Shown: piece by piece, positions 1 through 8,478 of the stretch
Layout of the letters: each line of letters begins with the position of its first letter
How positions within the stretch are numbered: the first letter of the stretch is position 1
The notes under the pieces: model-generated
Told to the model about the DNA's origin: nothing
Database searches by the model: none
The model's input: only the letters and a program-made list of their open reading frames with translations
Origin: Bacteroidales bacterium
GTDB lineage: Bacteria > Bacteroidota > Bacteroidia > Bacteroidales > VadinHA17
DNA length: 64,000 nucleotides
Assembly (NCBI GenBank): GCA_020201035.1
Contig: JAIVHO010000032.1
Coordinates: 47,763-111,762, forward strand
Direction of reading: 5' to 3'
Made by a program: the position numbers and the translations under genes

Positions 1-113
1 CTTCCGAGGAGCACAAAGTATTCACCCTTTTCGACTCTCAGGGAGAGATCCATGATCTCGAATCCGGGATAGGATTTTCTTATATTATGCAGTTCAAGCA
101 TCGTCATTCCCAT
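1..113 (-). CDS. ABC transporter ATP-binding protein, N-terminal fragment (tungstate/molybdate transporter ATPase, WtpC-like); runs off window edge
   Basis: The reverse strand translates to MGMTMLELHNIRKSYPGFEIMDLSLRVEKGEYFVLLG, a typical ABC ATPase N-terminus up to the start of Walker A. It overlaps the stop of the upstream permease, so they share an operon. The start could be 113, 107 or 101. Confidence 0.6.
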   Translation of the reverse strand, partial: MGMTMLELHNIRKSYPGFEIMDLSLRVEKGEYFVLLG

Positions 114-912
114 TATGCTTAACCGGCGCAAGAGATTTATCCCTTCCGACAGAAATTAACCTGAGAAGGATAAATACAGCCAGTGCCACCAGTATAAATA
201 CAACTGCTGCAGGACGCGCATAGGCAAGTCCGAACTGGTTAAACCTCTCAAATATAAGAACGGGAGCTGTCATTGGGTGGTATGCTATTATCACTACCGC
301 CCCGAATTCACTCATTCCCCGTGCAAACATCATTATAAAACCTGACGCTATACTGCGCCATGATAGAGGCAGGGATACGGTCAAAAACATTCGTACCGGG
401 GAAGCTCCCAGGTTAAGGGAGGCCTGTTCAAGTCTGCGGGGCACTGCGGCAAATCCGTCACGTGCCGAATTGATCAGGAAGGAGAGGCTGACAAAAGCCA
501 TTGCGAGTGCTATTCCGGCCGGATTACCGACCAGATTAAGGCCCACCACTGAAGCAGCCTTTCCCAGCATGCCATCCCTGGAGATAAATCCAAGCAGTGC
601 GATTCCTGCTGCAGAATGAGGCAGTACAATTGGAAGATCTATCAGTCCCTGTACTATCCGTTTACCAGGAAATGTGTAGCGCGCAAGCACCCAGGCAAGG
701 GGTACCGCTCCTACAGCGAAAACCAGGGAGGTAAGAAATGCTACTGAAAGGGTAAGCCATACACTCTTCTGAACCTCCCTGTCGTTAACCGTCTCTATCA
801 GTTCCAGCGGGGAAGTATGAATTATAAGTCCGGCCAGCGGTGCAATCACAAAGAGAAGCACCAGTGACGAAAGTATTAACACAATCCAATGGAACGGACT
901 TCTTAACTGCAT
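94..912 (-). CDS. ABC transporter permease, tungstate/molybdate type (WtpB/ModB-like)
   Basis: 272-aa polytopic membrane protein with a binding-protein-dependent transport inner-membrane component. It lies between a WtpA-like binding protein and an ABC ATPase. Confidence 0.8.
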   Translation of the reverse strand: MQLRSPFHWIVLILSSLVLLFVIAPLAGLIIHTSPLELIETVNDREVQKSVWLTLSVAFLTSLVFAVGAVPLAWVLARYTFPGKRIVQGLIDLPIVLPHSAAGIALLGFISRDGMLGKAASVVGLNLVGNPAGIALAMAFVSLSFLINSARDGFAAVPRRLEQASLNLGASPVRMFLTVSLPLSWRSIASGFIMMFARGMSEFGAVVIIAYHPMTAPVLIFERFNQFGLAYARPAAVVFILVALAVFILLRLISVGRDKSLAPVKHNGNDDA

Positions 913-914
913 AA

Positions 915-1874
915 TTAAAACTCCTCTTTTACGGTCAGTTGCTGCAGCCAGCCCGGCAGTATGCTGCTATCCCTTGCTACAGGCAGTGTTCCGAGCTCCT
1001 GGCCCATCTCATTCATTATACGCGTTCCGGTCTCTCCCAGGAGAAACTCAAGAAAATGGATTGCTCCCTCCCTGTTTGGTGCTGAGTCGAGCAGGGTGAC
1101 CCCATACAACATTGACGACCCTTGTATTGTCATCTTTTCACCAGGTGCATTGGCTGTTATATCAACAGTGACACCGGCGTAATGCGGGTTTAGCTGAGGA
1201 TCCGAAAGATCTATCTCTGCGGGAAGTTCAATAAACTTAAGTGAATGCTGCTGCGCCACCGACCGGTAGATAAAGATATAGTCCACTGCCCTTGCCTCAA
1301 GCAGGGCAAGCAGATCAACCTCTTTCGGTCTTACCATATTAAGATCCTTTTGCAGCAGGAGGTCAGTAAATCCCGGAATATTATAATACCCTTCGGCCAG
1401 CTGCATGGTGAGAATGCTCCGGTAACCGCAGGGGTCAGAATTTGGGTCGGCGCGACCATAGACCACATCACTTCTCACAAGAATATCATACCAGTTCTCA
1501 CTGTTGATCTCAGACCCCATCTCTGAACGGTCAGTATAGGCTATAACCATTGAGTTTGCCGCAAATATTATGTTCCAGGAGGCATACTGAGGTATCAGCA
1601 TACGGTCAATGATCTGATAATCTGCTGATGCCATAATATCACACGGCTTTCCCAGTTCGGTGATCTTGCGCGCTGAAGCAACACTTCCTGCAGCCTCCAT
1701 TTCAATTACCCTGTCAGGAAACTGCTCCATATAGAGATCAGCAATGGTCTTAAAGGGAAGTGCCAGGCTACCCGCATGAAAAATTATCACCTTATCCTTT
1801 GCTGGCCGATTACATGATCCGGCCATTATAAGCAGAACAAGAGAGATAATTAGTATCCTAGGCAAATCTTTCAT
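915..1874 (-). CDS. wtpA: Tungstate ABC transporter substrate-binding lipoprotein (WtpA-like)
   Basis: Lipoprotein signal peptide (LIMAGSC). Motifs IIFHAGSL, EAAGS, DPNSDPCGYRS, FIYRSVAQQH and ELPAEIDLS match my recollection of archaeal WtpA. There is a 2-nt gap to the permease. Confidence 0.8.
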   Translation of the reverse strand: MKDLPRILIISLVLLIMAGSCNRPAKDKVIIFHAGSLALPFKTIADLYMEQFPDRVIEMEAAGSVASARKITELGKPCDIMASADYQIIDRMLIPQYASWNIIFAANSMVIAYTDRSEMGSEINSENWYDILVRSDVVYGRADPNSDPCGYRSILTMQLAEGYYNIPGFTDLLLQKDLNMVRPKEVDLLALLEARAVDYIFIYRSVAQQHSLKFIELPAEIDLSDPQLNPHYAGVTVDITANAPGEKMTIQGSSMLYGVTLLDSAPNREGAIHFLEFLLGETGTRIMNEMGQELGTLPVARDSSILPGWLQQLTVKEEF

Positions 1875-1886
1875 TATAACAATTGG

Positions 1887-2306
1887 TTACCTGTTAATTT
1901 TTCTGAAAAACTTCCTTGCTATCTCCTTGATTGACCCATCAAACTGGGTGGTAAGCTCTCTGTAGGCATTAAGCAGTTGTGTGCCCTCCTCCGACAGGGT
2001 TGTATACCCACCCTCAGCACCTCCGCGGTGCTTGAGCACAAGCGGAAACCCCAGCTTATTCTCCACCTTCTGAATAATTCCCCATGCCTTACGGTAACTC
2101 ATCTTCATCTCTTCTGCCGCTGCTACAATAGACCTGAGTCGTTCAATGGTTTCAAGCAATTCAAACCCCTCACAATCAAGAATCTCGTGACCGTCCGTAT
2201 CATTCAGATTAAGACTGTAGTTAAGAAATACATTATAGTAGAGTGATCCTTTTGATCCGGCCATTATTCCTTTTATTAATGAGGTTAATATTTTATGCAG
2301 TGACAT
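1887..2306 (-). CDS. ModE-like winged helix-turn-helix regulator (N-terminal ModE domain only)
   Basis: MSYRKAWGIIQKVENKLGFPLVLKHRGGAEGGYTTLSEEG is the ModE/LysR-type wHTH signature. The gene sits 12 nt upstream of wtpA. Confidence 0.75.
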   Translation of the reverse strand: MSLHKILTSLIKGIMAGSKGSLYYNVFLNYSLNLNDTDGHEILDCEGFELLETIERLRSIVAAAEEMKMSYRKAWGIIQKVENKLGFPLVLKHRGGAEGGYTTLSEEGTQLLNAYRELTTQFDGSIKEIARKFFRKINR

Positions 2307-2372
2307 GGCTCCCTGCCGTAAATTAAACGGCGAGCCCCCTACGGTATCAAACTGACAACTATCTGTTTACCT

Positions 2373-2438
2373 CACCGGGCGACTGATATGATGAGATACC
2401 GGTCACCGGGCGACTGATATGATGAGATACCGGTCACC
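2373..2438. repeat. Perfect 31-bp tandem direct repeat x2 plus a 4-nt partial third copy
   Basis: CACCGGGCGACTGATATGATGAGATACCGGT occurs at 2373-2403 and again at 2404-2434, followed by CACC. It lies in the 138-nt spacer between ppnP and the ModE-like gene. Confidence 0.95.
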
Positions 2439-2444
2439 AGCCAA

Positions 2445-2726
2445 CTACTTATAGAGACATTTATAGGCGGTCTGCTCTGTTACCTTAACCTTGAATTTTG
2501 CATCCTTAGGAACCATAAAAGTCTCAAAGGGAGCGTAGGTTTTCCACTCTGAATCACCAGGAAGCAGTACGGTCAGACTACCTGAAACCACGGTCATAAA
2601 CTCCACTGATGAGGTACCGAATTCAAAATCGCCCGGTTCCATCACACCCGCAGTCACCGGACCCTCTTCATTTTCAAATCCTATTGATTTTACCTTTCCG
2701 TCAAAATACTCATTTACCTTAAGCAT
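2445..2726 (-). CDS. ppnP: Pyrimidine/purine nucleoside phosphorylase PpnP (DUF1255/YaiE)
   Basis: 93-aa cupin: MLKVNEYFDGKVKSIGF...PGDFEFGT...E.MTVVSG.L.V.LPG...W. Length and motifs are typical of PpnP. Confidence 0.9.
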   Translation of the reverse strand: MLKVNEYFDGKVKSIGFENEEGPVTAGVMEPGDFEFGTSSVEFMTVVSGSLTVLLPGDSEWKTYAPFETFMVPKDAKFKVKVTEQTAYKCLYK

Positions 2727-2764
2727 AACTTTTTTTTTATGTTAGACAATTAGAAAGCGACATG

Positions 2765-2772
2765 CAAATTTA
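2765..2772 (-). promoter_or_regulatory. Bacteroidota-type -7 promoter box (TAAATTTG on minus strand) for ppnP
   Basis: Plus-strand CAAATTTA is TAAATTTG on the minus strand and matches TAnnTTTG. It lies about 40 nt upstream of the ppnP ATG. Confidence 0.4.
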
Positions 2773-2924
2773 CATTTTTTGCATATCGCTTCAATCATTA
2801 ATTGCCTTTTTAGGCAAAAAAATATTCTTGCTCCAGCCTGTCTAGAAAGCATAAAAGAACTCCAGCCTTACAAAACGGCCGAAATTCAGGTTCCGTCATC
2901 AATAAGGGCAACCTTTTCTGTTTA

Positions 2925-2956
2925 TATAAGAAGAGGCCGTGCATATGCACAGCCTC
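2925..2956 (-). terminator. Probable terminator hairpin downstream of aor
   Basis: A 24-nt near-perfect palindrome GAGGCCGTGCATATGCACAGCCTC (2933-2956, one C/A mismatch) lies about 30 nt after the aor stop. On the minus strand it is followed by TTCTTATATAAA. Confidence 0.5.
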
Positions 2957-2984
2957 CCCTTATAATATATTAACTACCAACTGG

Positions 2985-5138
2985 TTATTGAAGATCCTTA
3001 ACCACCTCAACAACTTCAGGCAGGTCCATTCCTATTTTCTTCAGGAAATCGAGTCGTGGTACACCATTGGCATTCCAGCCTCTTCTTTTATAGACGGCAT
3101 CCTGCAGTTGTCCGTACCTGTTTTCGCGGTATGCCCTTAGTGCTGCCATTTTTTCCTGTGTGGTTTTTCCGGCCGGATCAAAACCCACCTGTTCCTTAAG
3201 CTGCTTATCGTAGCGTTCTGCCCTGCTTTCAAACTCTTCCGCAGTAACCGGTCCGGCTGCCCTGTAGGGTTGAGCGTCATGCTTTCTGAGTCCGTAACCC
3301 CGGCGAATATTAAAAACTCTCTGGAAGTTGTATACTCTCTCTGAGTCCTCAACCAGTCGGTCCTTATCAAACTCGCGTCCGGTAACAGCCTTATAGATTG
3401 TGACATAGTTATCAACATGTTCCGGAACCTTCGCGGGTTCATCTGTCTCTGCATTGGTCACAGGCTCCACATCGTTCCATGGCAGTTTACAGAGACCCAC
3501 CAGGCCAAACCAGGTACGGAACATCGGGAAGTAGTGAAGTGCTTCAGCTTTATCCTCAAATGATGGGATCTGGTTATTTACCATATCCATAAATATCAGC
3601 CACGCCTCATCATGCTGTGGTCCTTTATTAGTGAGTGCAAATCCTCCCTGCTGGGCAAGCGACTCCTTGGACATATACTGGGAGTACTCAAGTCCCTTGT
3701 TCTCCATTCCTATATCATTAATAAATGCCGGATCGCCCCAGCCGTTCTTTATAAACAGCTCCTTCATCTTCCTGACGCCCATGCCGGCTATTTTGCCGAA
3801 TCCTTCGCCCCTGCTAACCTGGTGTAGCAACTCCATGGCCGCCTCCTTGTTGCCAAAATTGAGTTTTAATCCGCCCGTACGCTCCTCATTGAGTATTCCG
3901 TTCTCATAGCACTCCATAATAAATGCCATCAATGTTCCCCAGGTAATGGTACAGATACCATAGGTGTCACAATAGAAATTTGCTTCAATAATATGTTCAG
4001 CATCAAATATTCCGCAATTGGATCCGAGTCCGCCCGCATTTTCATATTCAGGTCCGTCCACAATAACTTTTTCCCCGGCGTAGGGGCCTGTTTGAACTTC
4101 ATAGTCATCAACCGCCTTTGCGCATGACATATTACACCCTATCCAGCAGCCGTCAGGCACACCCTGGGTAAACCTCTGCTTCCACGCATTGGAATCAATA
4201 TTGGCGATATCGGGGTGACTACCAAACTTATAGTTATTTACCGGCAGGAGGTCATGGTCATTCATTATCTCCATAAGGTGCGCTGTTCCCACCTGTTTCA
4301 TCTGGCACTGCTCGTCATCCAGTTCACGCATCTCGCGGTTAAACCTTTTACCCCTCTCCTTAATTGCTTCCAGATCAACCACATTGTTAAGGTTACCCTT
4401 TACTCCGGGTACCTTGCAAACCAGGGCCTTTATCTTTTTATCACGGAATACGGTTCCTATACCGCCTCTTCCGGCCTGCTTCAGTCTTACCTTCTTTCTT
4501 TTGGGGTCATAGAAACTGAAGTTAAGCATTCCAATAAGAGAGTTATCAGCAGCGCTTCCGGCAGAGACTACAGCAACATTTTTCATGTCACGCTCATCAT
4601 CGGCGAACATCTCAGTAAGCTGTTCTGCCAGCACGTGGCTGTCGGGTCCCTCCAGCGGAGCTTCAAAAATCTCTATCTTGTGATTTATTCCATCAATATA
4701 GATCACCACATCCTTCTCAGCCTTACCCTGCAGTTCAAGTGCATCATATCCTGCAAACTTAAGGAACGGACCAAAGAATCCTCCCACGTTACTGTCAATT
4801 ACCTGATCAGTCTGGGGTGATATTGTTACAACAAGTGATTTACCGGTACCTGAATACTGGGTGATACCACCAACAGGCCCTGACGAGATAACGATCTCGT
4901 TATCCGGATCATTCCATGCTGTACGGGGTGTTGTTGCATCCCACAGAAGACGGAGTCCGTATCCCTTACCTCCGATAAATTTCTCTTTCACCTCAGCAGG
5001 AACACCTTTCTCACTGATATCAGTGGTGCCGACGTTTATATAAAGGACCTTATCCGTATAACCTTTATCAAGAGGTTTCCAATCGTAATTCCACTCCTTC
5101 AGCATTGTGTGCTTCTCCTTAAGTTTCTCTATATTCAT
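2985..5138 (-). CDS. aor: Aldehyde:ferredoxin oxidoreductase (tungstopterin AOR family)
   Basis: 717 aa. The N-terminal AOR domain (YTDKVLYINVGT...FIGGKGYGLRLLW), the C-terminal AFOR domain and the Cys motifs (CNMSCAK, CDTYGIC) are typical of W-dependent AOR. Confidence 0.9.
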   Translation of the reverse strand: MNIEKLKEKHTMLKEWNYDWKPLDKGYTDKVLYINVGTTDISEKGVPAEVKEKFIGGKGYGLRLLWDATTPRTAWNDPDNEIVISSGPVGGITQYSGTGKSLVVTISPQTDQVIDSNVGGFFGPFLKFAGYDALELQGKAEKDVVIYIDGINHKIEIFEAPLEGPDSHVLAEQLTEMFADDERDMKNVAVVSAGSAADNSLIGMLNFSFYDPKRKKVRLKQAGRGGIGTVFRDKKIKALVCKVPGVKGNLNNVVDLEAIKERGKRFNREMRELDDEQCQMKQVGTAHLMEIMNDHDLLPVNNYKFGSHPDIANIDSNAWKQRFTQGVPDGCWIGCNMSCAKAVDDYEVQTGPYAGEKVIVDGPEYENAGGLGSNCGIFDAEHIIEANFYCDTYGICTITWGTLMAFIMECYENGILNEERTGGLKLNFGNKEAAMELLHQVSRGEGFGKIAGMGVRKMKELFIKNGWGDPAFINDIGMENKGLEYSQYMSKESLAQQGGFALTNKGPQHDEAWLIFMDMVNNQIPSFEDKAEALHYFPMFRTWFGLVGLCKLPWNDVEPVTNAETDEPAKVPEHVDNYVTIYKAVTGREFDKDRLVEDSERVYNFQRVFNIRRGYGLRKHDAQPYRAAGPVTAEEFESRAERYDKQLKEQVGFDPAGKTTQEKMAALRAYRENRYGQLQDAVYKRRGWNANGVPRLDFLKKIGMDLPEVVEVVKDLQ

Positions 5139-5175
5139 ATGTTTAATTTTTATACACTCTTACTTTCCACGATAT

Positions 5176-5196
5176 CAAATATAACGCACAAATATA
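5176..5196 (-). promoter_or_regulatory. Two candidate -7 boxes (TATATTTG on minus strand) for aor
   Basis: Plus-strand CAAATATA at 5176-5183 and at 5189-5196 both read TATATTTG on the minus strand. They lie 38-58 nt upstream of the aor ATG. Confidence 0.4.
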
Positions 5197-5297
5197 GGCC
5201 ATAAAATGACATATATCAATATGTTGAATTTTGCATATCGGGCTTAAAATGTTTGTCAGATCAGGAGTAAAATGAGTAATTTTGAAAAAAATCAGAT

Positions 5298-6011
5298 ATG
5301 GAGGAGCCACTCACTTATTTTTTAAAAAATTTTGGATTTGACCTTTCCAAAATAAAAAGCTCTGTTATCGGGGAGAAGTATGTAGCCATAATGCTTAACA
5401 ATGGTAACACAGGGGTATGTGCAACTCTGGGAACAAGGGTGGACGATTCTCTTCTCAGGGGATCGCTGCCCGATATTTCGGAACCATCGCACCGGATAAT
5501 AATGAATGCCTGGTTTAATGCCCTCTGCAATTATGACCGCACATATGACGACATAGTTGATATTTTCGAAAGGATAGATTTCAGCAGGTACAAAGAGGTG
5601 GTTATGGTAGGATATTTTGAATCACTGTATGAAAAAATCAGGAGGGATGGCATCCCGCTCAGAGTCTTTGATATTCACAGGGAGAGCGGTATTCTTTCTG
5701 ATATTAAGGAAATGGATAGCATCCTGTCAGAAGCAGGGGCAGTTATTCTTACCGGCACCACTGTTTTCAACAAAACATTCAGTTCCGTAATATCCTCTAC
5801 ACCTGACGGGTGTGATATTTTCCTTCTCGGCCCTTCAAATATTCTGAGTGATGAGATGTTCGGCTACAGAAATATTAAGGTGGTCTTTGGTTCTGTGTTT
5901 GCCCGGAATGATCACGAATTACTCAGGAGAATTGGGTCAGGAAGCGGCACCAGGGGATTCCTTGACAGGCTTCAAAAGGTATATATCAGATCAGATAAAT
6001 TTATATTATGA
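5298..6011 (+). CDS. DUF364/DUF4213 (putative heavy-metal chelation, Rossmann-like) protein
   Basis: 237 aa. N-terminal ...GEKYVAIMLNNGNTGVCATLG and a C-terminal Rossmann-like half (VVMVGYF...ILTGTT) match my recollection of the DUF4213+DUF364 family. Its stop overlaps the thiF-like start (ATGA). Confidence 0.65.
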   Translation: MEEPLTYFLKNFGFDLSKIKSSVIGEKYVAIMLNNGNTGVCATLGTRVDDSLLRGSLPDISEPSHRIIMNAWFNALCNYDRTYDDIVDIFERIDFSRYKEVVMVGYFESLYEKIRRDGIPLRVFDIHRESGILSDIKEMDSILSEAGAVILTGTTVFNKTFSSVISSTPDGCDIFLLGPSNILSDEMFGYRNIKVVFGSVFARNDHELLRRIGSGSGTRGFLDRLQKVYIRSDKFIL

Positions 6012-6601
6012 CATTTGCAGAGATATCAGCAGCCCTTTCCCGGTTCACTGTTGGGATAGCAGGTGCGGGCGGACTGGGATCCAACTGTGCCGCAGCACTT
6101 GCCAGGAGTGGAATTGGCCGGCTGAAGATTGCCGATTTTGATCTTGTCTCTGAGGCCAATCTTAACCGGCAGTTCTTTTTTCATGACCAGACAGGGATGA
6201 AGAAGGTTGTGGCACTACGTGAAAATATTGAAAGAACAGGCAGTGGTACTTCGGTTGAAATATTTGAAACTGTAATTTCACCGGAAAACGTGGAGAGGAT
6301 TTTCGGGGATTGTGATATTATTGTAGAGGCATTTGACAGGGCTGATATGAAGCTGATGCTGACAGAGACTGTTCTCACGCTCTGGCCCGGAAGACCTCTG
6401 ATTCTGGGATCAGGGCTGGCAGGATACGGTCATACAAATGAGATGAGGGTGCGCGATATGGGCGACAATCTATGGGTATGCGGGGATGAGTCCTCCGAGG
6501 TTTCTGAAAATAATCCTCCGCTGGCCCCAAGGGTTGGCATTGCAGCATATATGCAGGCTAATCTGGTAATTGAAATCTTATTAAAAGGTATTAAGGAATG
6601 A
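6008..6601 (+). CDS. Short ThiF/MoeB-family E1-like adenylyltransferase (ThiF family 2 type)
   Basis: GIAGAGGLGSNCAAALARSGIGRLKIADFDLVSEANLNRQ is the nucleotide-binding motif of ThiF/MoeB. 197 aa, with no rhodanese domain. Confidence 0.8.
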   Translation: MTFAEISAALSRFTVGIAGAGGLGSNCAAALARSGIGRLKIADFDLVSEANLNRQFFFHDQTGMKKVVALRENIERTGSGTSVEIFETVISPENVERIFGDCDIIVEAFDRADMKLMLTETVLTLWPGRPLILGSGLAGYGHTNEMRVRDMGDNLWVCGDESSEVSENNPPLAPRVGIAAYMQANLVIEILLKGIKE

Positions 6602-6804
6602 TGGAGATAACATTAAACAACAGGAAGGAAATTTTTGATACCGAATCGATGACCGTAGCTGAGATGCTGGAGATTAAGAGCTTCACCTTCAGGATGAGAA
6701 TGGTAAAAATAAACGGCAAACTGATAAAGAAGGATCAATATAGCACCACCGTTATAAAAAACGGTGATGATGTAAAAATGCTCTACCTGATGAGTGGCGG
6801 TTGA
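6598..6804 (+). CDS. ThiS/MoaD-family sulfur-carrier protein (C-terminal Gly-Gly)
   Basis: 68-aa beta-grasp-sized protein ending ...LYLMSGG. ATGA overlap with the ThiF-like gene. Confidence 0.75.
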   Translation: MMEITLNNRKEIFDTESMTVAEMLEIKSFTFRMRMVKINGKLIKKDQYSTTVIKNGDDVKMLYLMSGG

Positions 6805-6858
6805 AAAATGGTATTATATAATTTTTGACATCAACAGTTTTTGATTTAGGTTTGTATC

Positions 6859-7230
6859 ATGAATGATCGCCTCTCACGATTAATTGACCGTGTGCCTCCG
6901 GTACTAAGAAACAGGTACCTGCTTACAACGATAATATTCATTGTATGGCTACTGTTTTTTGATAACAACAATCTGGTTGAGAGGTACCGTGATATGGCTG
7001 CCCTGAAGCAGTTGAAGCGCGACAGGGAGTATTTCAGCAACCGTATTGAAGAAGATACCAGAAAGCTGAATGAGTTAAAAACCAGTGATGAAAACCTTGA
7101 GAAATTTGCGCGTGAAGAGTATCTGATGAAAAAAGAAAATGAGGACATTTTCATTGTTGTCCCTGAGGATGAGGAGAAAAAGAAGCGCGCTGCAGGTCGC
7201 AGGCGATTCCTTATCTTTCAAGAGCCCTGA
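6859..7230 (+). CDS. Septum formation initiator family protein (FtsB/DivIC-like)
   Basis: An N-terminal TM segment (LLTTIIFIVWLLFF) is followed by a coiled coil and the ...EKFAREEYLMKKENEDIF motif typical of DivIC/FtsB. Confidence 0.7.
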   Translation: MNDRLSRLIDRVPPVLRNRYLLTTIIFIVWLLFFDNNNLVERYRDMAALKQLKRDREYFSNRIEEDTRKLNELKTSDENLEKFAREEYLMKKENEDIFIVVPEDEEKKKRAAGRRRFLIFQEP

Positions 7231-8467
7231 ACTGCATAAGGAGATCAATCCTGTTTAGCCCGGTACAATCTTTACCTGTAATTTCAGAAAGCAGCAGGGC
7301 GGCAGCTTCATCAATACCGGTCTTTGACCAGATGATACCATTATGAACCCGGTTAAGGTATCTTATCACCCTGAACATATTAAACCACCGGTAGAACCGC
7401 ACGGTGAATGAAGCTTCACCTGCCGTATTTTTTCTTATTTCCGCCACCTTCTGAACCCATCCGCTCTCCCTGAGAAACATTGACATTGGCGCCGGAAGCT
7501 CATCAAGAGTGCTGTCAGTAGCAGCATCATCCATTCTGTAAAGACGTGGTACCAGATCGTTCAGCAGGGCAATCGGCTTATAGGATTCAGGATGCCAGGT
7601 AAGCAGTTGCCATGTTCTTTTCTCGAGCATAGAAGCAACAGTGGGCCCTGTCCCGAAAGGAACACGATCCGACACCCGCGGTGAAGGAAAGAGTGTTGTG
7701 GTATTGATCTCAGCAATCTTACCTGCCGGAATCAGTTTCTGAATAAAATAGAAATCCTCTCCGGCAGTTTTTCTACTCATTCCTCCTGCCCTGACATAGG
7801 CTGATGCCCTGACGGCAATTGCCGAACCAATTGTATGATAGACCGAAGGCATACGGCATTTTTTCAAGGCCTGGTAGTGATATCGCATATGCAGTTCATA
7901 GGCTGCAATTGCCATCTGGTGATCAACGTCTGCTTCAGGCAGCGGATGTTCAAAGCGGATTATGGCACCGGATATAGGTGGTTGACTGGCAAATTGTTTT
8001 TCTATTTCACTGAGGTAGTTACTGCTTACAGTACAATCACCGTCAAGGGATACTATCACACCATCCCCGTAATCTGAAAGGTTAAACCGGCGCAGAGCTT
8101 CATCCATCAACATCTTACGGGCCATGCCTGCCCCCCATTCAGGGTCTGAGGACTCCCCTGCATCAACTGTCAGCAGACTGAAAAAGGGATCAGGGTTGCT
8201 TTTCCTCCATCTATCAATATTAGCAAGGGATTCACGATTCTGCTCTATCTGTTTCAGGGATGCTCCAGGAGGGGCATTAACGCCGATTATCACTTCTGTA
8301 TTACAGTGAGTGTTCTCAGCCACGGCCATGGAATCAAGAAGCAGTGTAATGTCAGGCTCCGCAAAGGCCGGAACAATAACTATAAGCCCGGTGCCGGGAA
8401 GCGGCAGATCATCTATTAATGGATAGTTAACACTTCTGCGGGAGAGGTATGCCGAAGCAAATCCCAT
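7211..8467 (-). CDS. Glycosyltransferase family 2-like protein
   Basis: GT-A fold signatures: IVIVPAFAEPD near the N-terminus, VSLDGDC (DxD-like) and GEDFYF. 418 aa. Confidence 0.6.
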   Translation of the reverse strand: MGFASAYLSRRSVNYPLIDDLPLPGTGLIVIVPAFAEPDITLLLDSMAVAENTHCNTEVIIGVNAPPGASLKQIEQNRESLANIDRWRKSNPDPFFSLLTVDAGESSDPEWGAGMARKMLMDEALRRFNLSDYGDGVIVSLDGDCTVSSNYLSEIEKQFASQPPISGAIIRFEHPLPEADVDHQMAIAAYELHMRYHYQALKKCRMPSVYHTIGSAIAVRASAYVRAGGMSRKTAGEDFYFIQKLIPAGKIAEINTTTLFPSPRVSDRVPFGTGPTVASMLEKRTWQLLTWHPESYKPIALLNDLVPRLYRMDDAATDSTLDELPAPMSMFLRESGWVQKVAEIRKNTAGEASFTVRFYRWFNMFRVIRYLNRVHNGIIWSKTGIDEAAALLLSEITGKDCTGLNRIDLLMQFRALER

Positions 8468-8478
8468 TGGGACAACTG

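Noticed and set aside
2779-2973. 64-aa ORF in the ppnP-aor spacer.
   Set aside because: It has no recognisable features. It spans the ppnP promoter box and the aor terminator palindrome, and it is AT-rich non-coding-like sequence.
4215-4820. 201-aa plus-strand ORF inside aor. Similar long antisense ORFs occur at 61242-61862 (in gldE), 54844-55404 (in lnt), 39187-39690 (in the hydrolase), 52150-52680 (in the dipeptidase), 16632-17264 (across mqnD/mqnB), 56816-57298 (in dsbD) and 59101-59562 (in rng).
   Set aside because: Each lies entirely antisense to a gene with unmistakable family motifs. Their translations are low-complexity or Ser/Leu/Ile-rich with no recognisable domains. Long antisense ORFs are expected by chance opposite long genes.
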